Below are positions 31,820 through 42,110 of a DNA stretch of 64,000 nt, piece after piece (the first letter of the stretch is position 1; every line of letters begins with the position of its first letter). The DNA is from a virus: IMG/VR virus record IMGVR_UViG_3300027759_000067, positions 1-64,000 of that record. One strand, given 5' to 3'. The position numbers were made by a program, and so were the translations under genes. The notes beneath the pieces are model-generated. The model had not been told where the DNA came from. It worked only from the letters and a program-made list of their open reading frames with translations, and made no database searches.

Positions 31820-32275
31820 GTGAATTGGTACAGCAAAGTAAGCAAGGATATTGCTCACTTGCCAGGCTGTATTGATTACTATTACCTTGAATTAGACACA
31901 GCAAGGGCAGAGGTTAAAATTCACGGAAACGTGGAAAAATCCTCTGCTGCTTTGCCTGGTCTTGTTGCTCATCGATTTAATCAACTTCAAGAAATTGAAG
32001 GTATTTTAGAATATCTAAACATCGAACTACGCCGCTTACGTTCCAAAACTTTTAAGAAATATTTGGAAAACTATCAACGTGCTCTTAGCAGTAGAGATGT
32101 TGAAAAGTATGTAGAAGGTGAGGCAGATGTGGTTGATATGGAAAAGATCATCAATGAGTTTGCACTACTACGCAATCAATGGCTGGGCATTATCAAGGGC
32201 TTGGATATCAAACAGTGGCAACTAAGTAATATTATTAAACTCCGAACAGCGGGTATGGAAGACGTTGTTATTTGA
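31820..32275 (+). CDS. uvsY: Recombination mediator (UvsY-like)
   Basis: Helical 151-aa protein, 'DVEKYVEGE...IIKGLDIKQWQLSNIIKL..AG'; synteny with uvsX/uvsW. Confidence 0.75.
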   Translation: MNWYSKVSKDIAHLPGCIDYYYLELDTARAEVKIHGNVEKSSAALPGLVAHRFNQLQEIEGILEYLNIELRRLRSKTFKKYLENYQRALSSRDVEKYVEGEADVVDMEKIINEFALLRNQWLGIIKGLDIKQWQLSNIIKLRTAGMEDVVI

Positions 32276-32325
32276 CACAGAAAGGACTTGCGTCCTTTCT
32301 TATTTTGTAGTATAATAAATGTATC

Positions 32326-33498
32326 ATGTATATTGAAGATTTACTCCACACATTGATGTACTCTGTTAAGACCAATCGTTATGATTCAACGTTGGTCCAG
32401 AGTTTCTATGAGCAAATAAATTACAAAAGTTTGGGTTTCACAGAAAAACAAGCTACCATAATGCTGAAAATCTCAAAAGCATACAAACAACAGATCTGTA
32501 CACATCTTGGTAAAGATATAACTCCATTATTGGACAATCCACAATTTAAATTTAGTATCAGAACTATCAGTATGGTAAAACATATCTCTGTAATTCCTAA
32601 TACTAACAATACCAAATTCATTATGGTGAAATTTCCCTATGATGAAACATTGGTTAAAGATATAAAAAGTGTAAGACAGAAATTTATATCCGCTGAATGG
32701 AATCAAGATGAAAAAGCCTGGGTTTTTTCCTTAGAAGGATTGACTGTTGAATATTTTAGTGCATACGTTATCTCCAAGGGATTCACTGCGGATGACCAAT
32801 TTAAAGGATACATGGAGCAAGCCCTGGAAATTACCAACAATGTTGAAAAATATGCTCCTATGCTAACCATTGAGCAAGGAATGCCTAAAATTATCAATAT
32901 TCCTGCTCATGTTCCGCAACCTAATAGCACAGACATTGTTCAATCATTGTTTGAAGCAAGACGTGTGGGTGTTACTACCTGGGATCATTTAATTGATAAC
33001 GTCCTACTTGAATCCAATCAATCCTCTTTGATTAAAAATTTCATAAAATCTGAGATAGGTGAGGCATTTTCCATAAATTTAGAAGAAAATTCAATTTTAG
33101 ATTTGAAACCCATTGTGAAGCATTTGTTGCCCTGCATCGTTACTGTACCAGGTGGTAATGAATTAAGCAAAATGCAACAAGCATTAGAATTGTTAAAAGA
33201 CATCGGTATTGAAAATCAAGAAATTAGTGTTTTATTCCGCTTGCCCAACGAAACAGGTGGTGAATTTAACAAATTTGTCAAAGAAGAAAAATTAAATTCT
33301 CCTGTATCTGAAACAACCAAAGTAGTAATCCTCAGTGGAAAACTTCCTAAGCCATTGTTTGAATCTGAACTAAAATTTAATTGTGTGTTGAACTTTAATT
33401 TCTACAATGTTCACTATACTCTTGCTAATTTTATGAAAAACAAGCATAATGTTATTAACGTGTTAGCAGATAAAAAACAAAAGACCCTACTATTTTGA
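32326..33498 (+). CDS. Hypothetical protein with HARP-like segment
   Basis: 'VKFPYDETLVKDIK....AEWNQDEKAW'; sigma70-like promoter upstream; overlaps uvsW start. Confidence 0.55.
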   Translation: MYIEDLLHTLMYSVKTNRYDSTLVQSFYEQINYKSLGFTEKQATIMLKISKAYKQQICTHLGKDITPLLDNPQFKFSIRTISMVKHISVIPNTNNTKFIMVKFPYDETLVKDIKSVRQKFISAEWNQDEKAWVFSLEGLTVEYFSAYVISKGFTADDQFKGYMEQALEITNNVEKYAPMLTIEQGMPKIINIPAHVPQPNSTDIVQSLFEARRVGVTTWDHLIDNVLLESNQSSLIKNFIKSEIGEAFSINLEENSILDLKPIVKHLLPCIVTVPGGNELSKMQQALELLKDIGIENQEISVLFRLPNETGGEFNKFVKEEKLNSPVSETTKVVILSGKLPKPLFESELKFNCVLNFNFYNVHYTLANFMKNKHNVINVLADKKQKTLLF

Positions 33499-34949
33499 GC
33501 ACCTGTAAAGTTATCATTAAAGATGAAGTAAATGTTAAGATTGATAATTTAGATCTTGACACTCGCAAAGCATTGGTTAAAAAATTCAAGTATGAAGACC
33601 CTACTGCCCGCTTCAGACCCAGCTTCAAATTAGGTCGGTGGGATGGCAGCATCAGTTTTTTTGGTCTCGGTGGATCAACTTATCTAAGTATGCTCGGACC
33701 AGTGTTAGAGTACCTTGAAAGCAAAAACTACTACATTGAAGTTGAAGATCTCAGGACCAGCAGTGCCCTGGAATTTCCTGAAATTTCTGAGGATTTTTGG
33801 GGTGATTTATGCTGGCCCAAAGGACATGTTCAGGAGGGGCAACTTATCCGTATGCGTGACTATCAATGCGACGTTGTAAATAATTTCTTGAAGAATCCCC
33901 AGTGTTTACAGGAAGTTGCCACTGGTGCAGGTAAGACAATTATCACCGCAACTTTGAGCAAAATCTGTGAAAAATATGGTCGAACAATAACCATTGTTCC
34001 TAACAAAAGTTTAGTGGAACAAACGGAAGAAGACTTTATTAATTGCGGATTAGACGTTGGTGTGTACTACGGAGATAGAAAAAATCTCAACAAAACCCAC
34101 ACTATTTGTACCTGGCAAAGTTTGAATATTTTAGACAAAAAATCACAAGACAATGACGAGTTATTGACCTTGGCAGAATTTCTAGACGGTGTGAGCACAG
34201 TCATAGTTGACGAGGTACATATGGCCAAAGCCGATGTATTGAAGAAATTATTGACTCAGAATCTCGCCAATGCTCCTATACGTTGGGGATTGACCGGAAC
34301 CATACCAAAAGCCGATCATGAGTATCAAGCATTGCGGGCAAGTTTGGGAGATGTTATTCATCACATATCTGCACATGAATTACAGGCTCGCGGTGTGTTG
34401 AGTAATTGCCACGTTAATGTTGTACAAACAGCTGAGTGGAAAGAATTTGGAAGTTATGCAGAAGAATTGAAATATCTTGTCACTGATAGCACTAGGATGA
34501 CCTATATCAGCAACATGATTCGCAATATTGCAACATCAGGAAATACCTTAGTCTTGGTTAATAGAATTGACTCTGGTAAATTTATTATTGAACAAATACC
34601 AGAGGCGGTGTTTGTTTCAGGTGAAGTTAAATCTACAACAAGAAAAGAAGAGTACGATGAAATTAAAACTGCTGATAACAAGATTATTGTGGCGACTTTT
34701 GGTGTGGCCGCTGTGGGTATTAATATCCCTAGGATTTTTAATCTGGTTCTTTTGGAACCCGGAAAGAGCTTTGTTAGAGTTATACAAAGCATTGGGCGAG
34801 GTATTAGAAAAGCTGACGACAAAGACTTCGTCCAAATCTGGGATATAACTGCTTCCGCCAAATACGCTAAACGTCATCTGACAGAGAGAAAGAGGTTTTA
34901 TAAAGAAGCCAAATACCCATTTAATATTGAGAAAGTAAAATACCTATAA
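33495..34949 (+). CDS. uvsW: Superfamily II DNA helicase
   Basis: 'RDYQ', 'ATGAGKT', 'VDEVH', 'GLTGT', 'QSIGRGIR'. Confidence 0.92.
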   Translation: MSTCKVIIKDEVNVKIDNLDLDTRKALVKKFKYEDPTARFRPSFKLGRWDGSISFFGLGGSTYLSMLGPVLEYLESKNYYIEVEDLRTSSALEFPEISEDFWGDLCWPKGHVQEGQLIRMRDYQCDVVNNFLKNPQCLQEVATGAGKTIITATLSKICEKYGRTITIVPNKSLVEQTEEDFINCGLDVGVYYGDRKNLNKTHTICTWQSLNILDKKSQDNDELLTLAEFLDGVSTVIVDEVHMAKADVLKKLLTQNLANAPIRWGLTGTIPKADHEYQALRASLGDVIHHISAHELQARGVLSNCHVNVVQTAEWKEFGSYAEELKYLVTDSTRMTYISNMIRNIATSGNTLVLVNRIDSGKFIIEQIPEAVFVSGEVKSTTRKEEYDEIKTADNKIIVATFGVAAVGINIPRIFNLVLLEPGKSFVRVIQSIGRGIRKADDKDFVQIWDITASAKYAKRHLTERKRFYKEAKYPFNIEKVKYL

Positions 34950-35452
34950 TGCAGATTTTAACATTGAACAACGAGATTTTTTATCTCAACGACTTACCAG
35001 AAGAAGTAGATGAAGATCTAAGATTTGCTGTATTGGATAATAGTGATAATTCGAACCCTGACTATTTCTTCATTCCACTTATATTCTTGGAGAGCTTTAC
35101 CGGGCCAGCAGCCGTACTAAAAATTGGACCACACGAACTTACCATGCCCTTGGATTGGTGTGCCATTGTTGGCGATCCTGAAGGTCCTGAAATGGAAGTG
35201 CTTCCATTAACAAGTTTAAATGATCGTGGATTTAGAACATTCTGCTTTAATCCATTGAGCAGTTTTAGACCAGAGTTTCATGAGATTGATATCATTGATG
35301 TTTATCAAGATGTTAAATGGTATTTTCCAAAGATGAAGCCTGGACAACTATTATGCACACCATTGGAAACAGGGCCTAAACCAACCTGTGCATATTTTGT
35401 CAAAGAAGTTAGTCGTCAAAGTGAATTGGTAGATTATACAAGGTGCTGGTAA
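34949..35452 (+). CDS. Conserved-looking hypothetical protein
   Basis: 167-aa ORF coupled to uvsW. Confidence 0.65.
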   Translation: MQILTLNNEIFYLNDLPEEVDEDLRFAVLDNSDNSNPDYFFIPLIFLESFTGPAAVLKIGPHELTMPLDWCAIVGDPEGPEMEVLPLTSLNDRGFRTFCFNPLSSFRPEFHEIDIIDVYQDVKWYFPKMKPGQLLCTPLETGPKPTCAYFVKEVSRQSELVDYTRCW

Positions 35453-36265
35453 ATGAAAAGCTGGTTTATTAAAAATTGGAATTTATCATATAGCGAAAAA
35501 CTTAAAAATTTTCCTTCAGTTAATTATACAAGTTTACGTGAAAGCGTTGACCGTAGAAAATTTATGCAGGATCAATTTGATCACTTTGGAATAACTAAAA
35601 CATCTGTATATCAAACTGAAAGATATACAGAAATTTCTGATTACGTTAAATGTACAGGAACTGGAGTAGTAAACGATGCTGTAACTTCACAACTAGGAAC
35701 TATGATTTCTCATTTAAATCTTATGAGAAATTGGTATGTATCTACTAACGAAGACTATGCTATTTTTTGTGAAGATGATGTTAGTTTTGAAAGTATCAAA
35801 TATTGGAATTTCACTTGGGAAGATTTTGTTGAACATCTTCCTGAAAATTGGGAATGCATACAATTAACAAAAGTAATGGTTCCGTGTGATGCTGGATGTA
35901 AAGGTAGTAAAGAGTTTAATCTTAAATTAACTTGGGGCAGATGGTGGGGCGCTTACTCATTAATGAAACGATCATACGTTAAAAAAATATTAGATAAAAC
36001 TTGTATAGGATATAATGAATATTGTTTTGATATAATATATGGAGATATTGATTATGAACCTATTATTGAAAATTTATTATATATAGGCATGGCAACAGTT
36101 TATAATTTTCCTATGTTAGTCGAACAACGTGAATTTAATACAACTTTCTTTTACAAAAACGAAACAGCAACTACATCACAAGAATGGTCACATCATTTTG
36201 TATTAGAAGAATGGCAGACTAATGGAAAAACTTTAGATCTTGATTACGCAATGAGAATAAATTAA
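35453..36265 (+). CDS. Glycosyltransferase family 25-like
   Basis: 'SL.ESVDRR..M..QF', 'G...SH', 'AIFCEDD'. Confidence 0.8.
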   Translation: MKSWFIKNWNLSYSEKLKNFPSVNYTSLRESVDRRKFMQDQFDHFGITKTSVYQTERYTEISDYVKCTGTGVVNDAVTSQLGTMISHLNLMRNWYVSTNEDYAIFCEDDVSFESIKYWNFTWEDFVEHLPENWECIQLTKVMVPCDAGCKGSKEFNLKLTWGRWWGAYSLMKRSYVKKILDKTCIGYNEYCFDIIYGDIDYEPIIENLLYIGMATVYNFPMLVEQREFNTTFFYKNETATTSQEWSHHFVLEEWQTNGKTLDLDYAMRIN

Positions 36266-36266
36266 A

Positions 36267-36503
36267 ATGAATATATTTGAAAGTCCGGACGGTGGCAAAA
36301 CTATATATCAACGTGAATCACCATACACCGCTGAACGTAAATTAGTCAAAGAAGATTTTTCAATTATATCAAGAATAAAAGAACGGCAGTTGTGGGATGA
36401 TATTCGACAAGCGGCTATGACCAATAATACTTTACATGAAGCCATGGAACGTGTTAAAGTAATATACTACCTGAGCAAAGATAATGGCAACAGCAAAACT
36501 TGA
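36267..36503 (+). CDS. Hypothetical protein
   Basis: 78 aa, 'IFESPDGGKTIY'. Confidence 0.65.
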   Translation: MNIFESPDGGKTIYQRESPYTAERKLVKEDFSIISRIKERQLWDDIRQAAMTNNTLHEAMERVKVIYYLSKDNGNSKT

Positions 36504-36948
36504 TATCAAACGTGAACTCAATGCTGTAGATCGTAAGACCTACAACTTCTACGACAATCTCACTGACGAGGAACGTAAAGCATTTAGTCCTTATATCTTA
36601 ATGCGATATACAGCCAGCGTTCAAGGCGATAGAGATACACAAGAATGGTTCCTTGAAATGACTAATGAAATGGTTAATAAAAATCATTGGGATCTCAGTA
36701 AGAATCATAAGGCTTTATTGTGGAAATTATTTGCCGGAGTAGGCACCGGCGCCACTGCTTATCATCCATACTTGGCGGCAGGTAAGAAAGAGAAAGCCAA
36801 TAAGATTGAAAAATTATTGTGCGAACTTAATCCAGCAATGAAGATGGCAGATATTAAACTAATGGCCAAAATGATGGATAAGAAAGACAAAGAAGAACTA
36901 TTTGATAAAATGGGGTTTGATAAGAAACAACGGAAAGAATACGAATGA
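36484..36948 (+). CDS. Possible clamp-loader small subunit (gp62-like)
   Basis: 'KAFSPYILMRY...NEMVN' loosely resembles gp62; weak. Confidence 0.4.
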   Translation: MATAKLDIKRELNAVDRKTYNFYDNLTDEERKAFSPYILMRYTASVQGDRDTQEWFLEMTNEMVNKNHWDLSKNHKALLWKLFAGVGTGATAYHPYLAAGKKEKANKIEKLLCELNPAMKMADIKLMAKMMDKKDKEELFDKMGFDKKQRKEYE

Positions 36949-37163
36949 GTTCTTTAGGTGGCAATTTTAAAATGTTTAAATGGGTACCAGACGGCACCTA
37001 TGACTATAGCGAATATTATGTAAGATATGTTATAATTAACTCTAACCCAATAATAGTTATTGCTAAAGAATGGTTAGACAAGGGTGGTCCAACAGATGTA
37101 TCTGAATCATTACGTCAACCTTGGGGCGCATTTCCTAACTTTCCTCCTAAACCAAAAAAATGA
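36945..37163 (+). CDS. Hypothetical protein
   Basis: 72-aa ORF with ATGA overlaps on both sides. Confidence 0.6.
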   Translation: MSSLGGNFKMFKWVPDGTYDYSEYYVRYVIINSNPIIVIAKEWLDKGGPTDVSESLRQPWGAFPNFPPKPKK

Positions 37164-37855
37164 TTGATCTTGTAGAACAACCTTATACTTGCGTACATTG
37201 CGGCAAAAGTTTTATGAAAGATAAAACTTTGGTTGCCCATATGTGCGAACGCAAACGTCGTGCTCTACAGAAAGATGAGAAACGTGTACAAGCAGGCTTT
37301 ATGGCATTTAATCGCTTTTGGCAATTGACGCAAAATGCTAAACAACCTAAGACCTATGATAACTTTGCTGACAGCAGTTACTATAATGCCTTTGTAAAGT
37401 TTGGCAGCTTCATTAATAATGTCAATCCACTTTATCCAGATAAGTTTGTTGACTATGTGATTAAGAGTGGTGTCAAATTGGATCACTGGTGTAGAGATGA
37501 ACTCTACGAAAGATATCTGTTTGATATGCTTAAAACAGAACCTGTGGAAAGTGCTGTACAAAGAACTCTACAAAATATGATGGAATGGGGCGATGCAAAC
37601 AATGCCAACTATGCACATTATTTTAATTATGTAAGTCTTAACAAAGCGGTACACGACATACTGAATGGTAAGATTAGTTTCTGGATGATACTTAATAGTA
37701 CTCCTGGTAAAACTATGATTAGTAATATGAGTGATGAACAATTAATGATGATTGCTCCTGTGTTTGATGTTCCACATTGGATGAAGAAGTTTAAACAAAG
37801 TCCAGCAGATGTTGCATTGGTACAAGAAATATGTGCAGAGGTTGGAATAAAATGA
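37160..37855 (+). CDS. Zinc-finger-containing hypothetical protein
   Basis: 'YTCVHCGKSF.....L..HMC'. Confidence 0.7.
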   Translation: MIDLVEQPYTCVHCGKSFMKDKTLVAHMCERKRRALQKDEKRVQAGFMAFNRFWQLTQNAKQPKTYDNFADSSYYNAFVKFGSFINNVNPLYPDKFVDYVIKSGVKLDHWCRDELYERYLFDMLKTEPVESAVQRTLQNMMEWGDANNANYAHYFNYVSLNKAVHDILNGKISFWMILNSTPGKTMISNMSDEQLMMIAPVFDVPHWMKKFKQSPADVALVQEICAEVGIK

Positions 37856-38241
37856 GTGTAGATAATATTGGAAAATTTCTAAAGTATCATGATATGCAGG
37901 TCATTGATGATAACAAACGTGCCTATAAACATACACGTATGAATGTAAAATATTTTAACAACTTTGCTGACTATAACGAATTAACGGCAACGGATGCAAT
38001 TCGATACGATACTGAAAAACTACTGACAGTAGAAATTACAGAGAGTGAGTTACAACGTATTGCAGACTTTGAAGCAGAAGTTTTTAATAACTTAAAAGAA
38101 CACGGTCATTATAGAATGTTTGAACATATGACTCAATTAAAAGAACGTGAAAAATATCTTAAGAACAAATATCCAGCAGTGAAGAAAGCCTACGAACATT
38201 ATAGTCTAATGTTAAAATTAGCAGAAAGTGGTGAACTATGA
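37852..38241 (+). CDS. Hypothetical protein
   Basis: ATGA overlap with the previous gene. Confidence 0.6.
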   Translation: MSVDNIGKFLKYHDMQVIDDNKRAYKHTRMNVKYFNNFADYNELTATDAIRYDTEKLLTVEITESELQRIADFEAEVFNNLKEHGHYRMFEHMTQLKEREKYLKNKYPAVKKAYEHYSLMLKLAESGEL

Positions 38242-38705
38242 ATATGCTCAAAGGTCAAAACAGCTATGACTCTACATCCACAGGTGCGGTGATTCCTTTC
38301 CTTAATAGAAACGTTACACCCTATGCCACAGAGGCAGGTGGTTTTAAATTTGATCTTGTTCCTGTTGAGAAGCAAAAAGATATTATGCTCAATGTTGGCA
38401 GAATGCATGCCGAACAAGAATATAATCGTATCATGGAATTAGTTCGAGTATTAGAAGGCCAAGCTCAGCAAATTAAACGTAGATTGGAAATAACCGATGC
38501 TGTTCATGCCGCTGAATATCAATTCCAAACATATCACGGACAAACATATTGGTTAGTATTTGAACGAGAAAAAAAGAAAACTATATTGGCAAAAAAAGGA
38601 CCTAACGATTGGTCCAGTAGCGCACCAGAAGAATATGAATACATTGCAGCAGTGAAATGGTTAGGCGATCACACTTGGATAGAAGTAACAGAGGAACAAC
38701 AATGA
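38238..38705 (+). CDS. DUF2452-like protein
   Basis: 'A.YQFQTYHGQTYWL...GPNDW...Y..AV..LGDHTW'. Confidence 0.6.
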   Translation: MNMLKGQNSYDSTSTGAVIPFLNRNVTPYATEAGGFKFDLVPVEKQKDIMLNVGRMHAEQEYNRIMELVRVLEGQAQQIKRRLEITDAVHAAEYQFQTYHGQTYWLVFEREKKKTILAKKGPNDWSSSAPEEYEYIAAVKWLGDHTWIEVTEEQQ

Positions 38706-38893
38706 ACATACCCAAAGAAGGCAGTAAATGGACCAGCATCAACGAAACATTCGTTGTTATCCATACAATTGAATTAGATGGACATACATGGATACACTAT
38801 AGAAAAGAGACCAGCGGACAAGAATATAGTTGCTATGCAGAAAGTTTCTTAGATAGATTTACAGAAATACACAATGAAACAAAAGTTTATTGA
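38702..38893 (+). CDS. Hypothetical protein
   Basis: MNIPKEGSKW...; GAGG RBS and ATGA overlap. Confidence 0.55.
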   Translation: MNIPKEGSKWTSINETFVVIHTIELDGHTWIHYRKETSGQEYSCYAESFLDRFTEIHNETKVY

Positions 38894-39302
38894 TCTATAC
38901 ATGGACTGGGCAGCTCGTACTGCTCAACTTAGCCATGCTCAACGACTACAGGTAGGTGCGGTGATCGTAAAGGATGACAGCGTGATTAGTTACGGTTATA
39001 ATGGTACACCCGCAGGGTGGGATAATAACTGCGAGGACATAGTAAGTTATAATTTAGGCGAACCAATATTAAAAACTAAACCAGAGGTATTACATGCTGA
39101 ATCAAATGCCGTGGCAAAATTGGCCAAAAGTACAAATAGCGGTATGGGCGCTACTATGTTCATTACCCACGCTCCATGTATGGAGTGTGCCAAACTTATA
39201 TACCAAAGCGGTATTGGGCATGTTCTATATCGTAGTTCTTATCGGGATATTAGTGGCATCACGTTTCTTGAAAAATCCGGTGTAAAGGTTGAACAAATAT
39301 AA
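38874..39302 (+). CDS. dCMP deaminase
   Basis: 'VGAVIV', 'GYNG', 'HAESNA', 'PCMEC'. Confidence 0.95.
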   Translation: MKQKFIDLYMDWAARTAQLSHAQRLQVGAVIVKDDSVISYGYNGTPAGWDNNCEDIVSYNLGEPILKTKPEVLHAESNAVAKLAKSTNSGMGATMFITHAPCMECAKLIYQSGIGHVLYRSSYRDISGITFLEKSGVKVEQI

Positions 39303-39877
39303 TGGACATTGATATAGACTTTCCTGATAGAAAAAAAGTGCTTGATATAATTAAGCATATTCCAGCACGGCTCGAAGATGGAAAGAAACATAACACAGGT
39401 GTCTATTGTCATAACATTCCCTATGACCCTATTAATGATACCGCAAGTTTAGATTATAAATCTGCAGAGGAACGTGGATACTTTAAGATTGACTTCTTGA
39501 ATGTTAATGCTTATGCTGGTGTTAGAGATGAAGCCCATATCATTGAATTACTCAACAATGAACCATTGTGGGATTTGTTATATGAAAAAGATGTGTGCGA
39601 TCAATTATTCCACGTTAATGGATATCACAACTTATTGGCTGAGTTAAAACCTACAAGTATTCTTGATCTAGCCAAGGTCCTGGCCATGATTAGACCGGGC
39701 AAGAAACATCTCATCCCAATATGCAAGGAACAAGGATTCCAGGCTATCAAGGATGAAATATGGACTAAAACTGAAGATGCCTATTTCTTTAAGAAGGCTC
39801 ATGCTGTTTCCTATGCTAGTGTTATTGTGGTACAGTTAAATTTAATCTGCGAAAAAATTAGTTACGGTTATGGTTAA
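39302..39877 (+). CDS. Miniature DnaE-like (Pol III alpha, family C) polymerase core
   Basis: 'DIDIDF', 'HNTGV', 'KIDFL', 'LAMIRPG', 'FKKAHAVSY' in DnaE order. Confidence 0.8.
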   Translation: MDIDIDFPDRKKVLDIIKHIPARLEDGKKHNTGVYCHNIPYDPINDTASLDYKSAEERGYFKIDFLNVNAYAGVRDEAHIIELLNNEPLWDLLYEKDVCDQLFHVNGYHNLLAELKPTSILDLAKVLAMIRPGKKHLIPICKEQGFQAIKDEIWTKTEDAYFFKKAHAVSYASVIVVQLNLICEKISYGYG

Positions 39878-40248
39878 CGAACTGCTCTCATTGATCGCAC
39901 TAATTGTATTGATTTGCGTTTGATGCGTTTCTCAGCTATTTCACCAAGATTCACTGTGGGTCCAAATACTACTTCTATATCCTTACTGCTAAATGTTTTT
40001 ATGTAAGGTCTGAACTTTTGCATCTCTTGCTTAAGAAATATGTTGATTGGTATTTTACGATTGCTTTCCCACCACCAAACTTCACCTAATTCTAAAAATA
40101 TTACACGTTCCTGCTCATCTATTATCATAGATAAATCATAGATGCTGGAAACATAGTCATCGCAATTGACTACAATACCCACATATTCACGATCGTTGGA
40201 CTTTAGACACGATATAAATGGGAATTTTTCCTGGAATTGGTTACTCAT
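39874..40248 (-). CDS. Conserved-looking hypothetical protein
   Basis: 124 aa, 'LGEVWWWESNRKIPINIFL'. Confidence 0.65.
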   Translation of the reverse strand: MSNQFQEKFPFISCLKSNDREYVGIVVNCDDYVSSIYDLSMIIDEQERVIFLELGEVWWWESNRKIPINIFLKQEMQKFRPYIKTFSSKDIEVVFGPTVNLGEIAEKRIKRKSIQLVRSMRAVR

Positions 40249-40269
40249 TGGGTTTTAAATAAATACATT

Positions 40270-41106
40270 ATGCAAATTTTACCAATCTATTTATACGCAA
40301 ACAAACTCGATGTTACACTAGATTTGGACGCTACAATCAGGGGAGTTAATCAGGTTATGTATCAACGAGACCTAACAGTACAAAAAGGAATTAAGAATCA
40401 AATTAGGATTCAATTCAAAAACAGCGACCAAAAACGTATATCCATCTCTACTAGCACTATATTTGTGTTTAGTATGTTTGATGCTATAAATCAACGTTTA
40501 ATAGTGGAGAAGGACCTTGAAGTCCTCCCAGAAACTACTAGTACCAAAGGTATGGCATTGCTTACCCTTAACGAAAGCGATACCCTGGATCTTGATAAAT
40601 CTAGCTATACCTATAGCGTGAAACAACAAGACACAGACGGAACTTATACACCGGCATATGCTAATACCTATTACGGTATGAACGGTACACTACATATATC
40701 CACTGACATTTATCCAGTATTACAGGATAGTACCACTGTTACTAGCTTTAATCCTACTTTTAATTCTAGTACAGGTTTGTACGAACATAAGAGCGGAAAT
40801 ATACACGCTAACCCTGCCTTTAATGGTAATACTGCATTGCATACCGTGGCATTTTATATGACTGCCTATAAAGGTACAGTTAATATCCAAGCCGCATTGG
40901 ATAATAATCCTACAGGCGATCACAGCTATTATACCATTGTTTCCAAAGCCTATAATGGTAAATCTGGTGTGGATTATGTTAACTTTGATGGCGTGTTTAC
41001 TTATATCCGAATTGTACATATTCCAGCCGCTGGCCCACCCCCTAATACTTCCAACGACACCCCTGGTTTCTTCGGTTCATTTGACAAGGTACTATATAGA
41101 AGTTAA
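40270..41106 (+). CDS. Hypothetical virion structural protein
   Basis: Beta-rich; ATG 40270 follows a TAAATA box. Confidence 0.55.
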   Translation: MQILPIYLYANKLDVTLDLDATIRGVNQVMYQRDLTVQKGIKNQIRIQFKNSDQKRISISTSTIFVFSMFDAINQRLIVEKDLEVLPETTSTKGMALLTLNESDTLDLDKSSYTYSVKQQDTDGTYTPAYANTYYGMNGTLHISTDIYPVLQDSTTVTSFNPTFNSSTGLYEHKSGNIHANPAFNGNTALHTVAFYMTAYKGTVNIQAALDNNPTGDHSYYTIVSKAYNGKSGVDYVNFDGVFTYIRIVHIPAAGPPPNTSNDTPGFFGSFDKVLYRS

Positions 41107-41109
41107 AAT
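41081..41109 (+). promoter_or_regulatory. sigma70-like promoter for primase/helicase
   Basis: TTGACA-17 bp-TAAAAT. Confidence 0.65.
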
Positions 41110-41114
41110 AGTGC

Positions 41115-42110
41115 ATGAATCAAATTCAGGCAGCACTACAGTCTTTACTACCCGCTAATCGAAAACTAACCACCGGCGGTTGGATAAGTTTCAACGCGGT
41201 TTGCTGCTCACATAGAGGCGATAGACCAGATACTAAGAAACGCGGTGGCGTGATGTTTAACGACGAAAGCTTCACCTACCATTGCTTTAATTGCGGATTC
41301 AAAGCAGGGTGGAGCCCAGGTAAACTACTCAGCAACAATACTAAACTATTATACAAATGGTTGGGCTTGGGCGATACGGATATCAGCAAACTAGGATTGG
41401 TAACTTTAAAATTTAAAGAAGATCAACCTCAGCTGAAAAAAACATTGGTCTTTGATCTAATGGAAAAACCATTACCTAACGAATGCCAAAGTATTACTAA
41501 ATGGGTTGAACAAGATTGCCAAGACCCTGAGCTAATAGCTGTGATTGACTATCTACTCAATAGGGGTATGGAATACGATTGGTACAACTGGCACTGGAGT
41601 TCAGCACCCGGATTTAGAGATAGAGTTATTGTTCCATTCTATGATAAAGGTCAAGTAGTGGGCTATACAGGACGTAAGATCACAGATGGTAAACCTAAGT
41701 ATCTTACTGATAGCCAAAGTGGTTATGTGTTTAACCTAGATAGACAGACCTACGATAGATCTTGTGTTATAGTAGTTGAAGGACAGTTTGATGCTATCGC
41801 TGTAGATGGCGTGGCCATTATGACCAACGAACCTAACGAAACTCAATGTGCTAGATTAAATGCTGTGGGTAAACAAATCATTGTTGTACCAGATAGAGAT
41901 CGCCCAGGTGCTAAGATGATTAAAGCTGCACTGGCTAATGGCTGGGCAGTGAGCTTACCACCCTGGGAAAACAATATTAAAGACGTTGCCGATGCTGTAA
42001 AGAAATATGGTAGACTTTATACTCTAACCACAATTTTACACTATCGAGAAACTAATAAGATAAAAATACAATTGCTACAGAAAAAATTAGAGGCCCTAAC
42101 AGATGAATAA
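41115..42110 (+). CDS. DNA primase (T4 gp61-like)
   Basis: Zn-finger 'YHCFNCG', 'YLLNRG', 'PKY', TOPRIM 'VVEGQFDA', 'PDRD', 'KD'. Confidence 0.9.
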   Translation: MNQIQAALQSLLPANRKLTTGGWISFNAVCCSHRGDRPDTKKRGGVMFNDESFTYHCFNCGFKAGWSPGKLLSNNTKLLYKWLGLGDTDISKLGLVTLKFKEDQPQLKKTLVFDLMEKPLPNECQSITKWVEQDCQDPELIAVIDYLLNRGMEYDWYNWHWSSAPGFRDRVIVPFYDKGQVVGYTGRKITDGKPKYLTDSQSGYVFNLDRQTYDRSCVIVVEGQFDAIAVDGVAIMTNEPNETQCARLNAVGKQIIVVPDRDRPGAKMIKAALANGWAVSLPPWENNIKDVADAVKKYGRLYTLTTILHYRETNKIKIQLLQKKLEALTDE

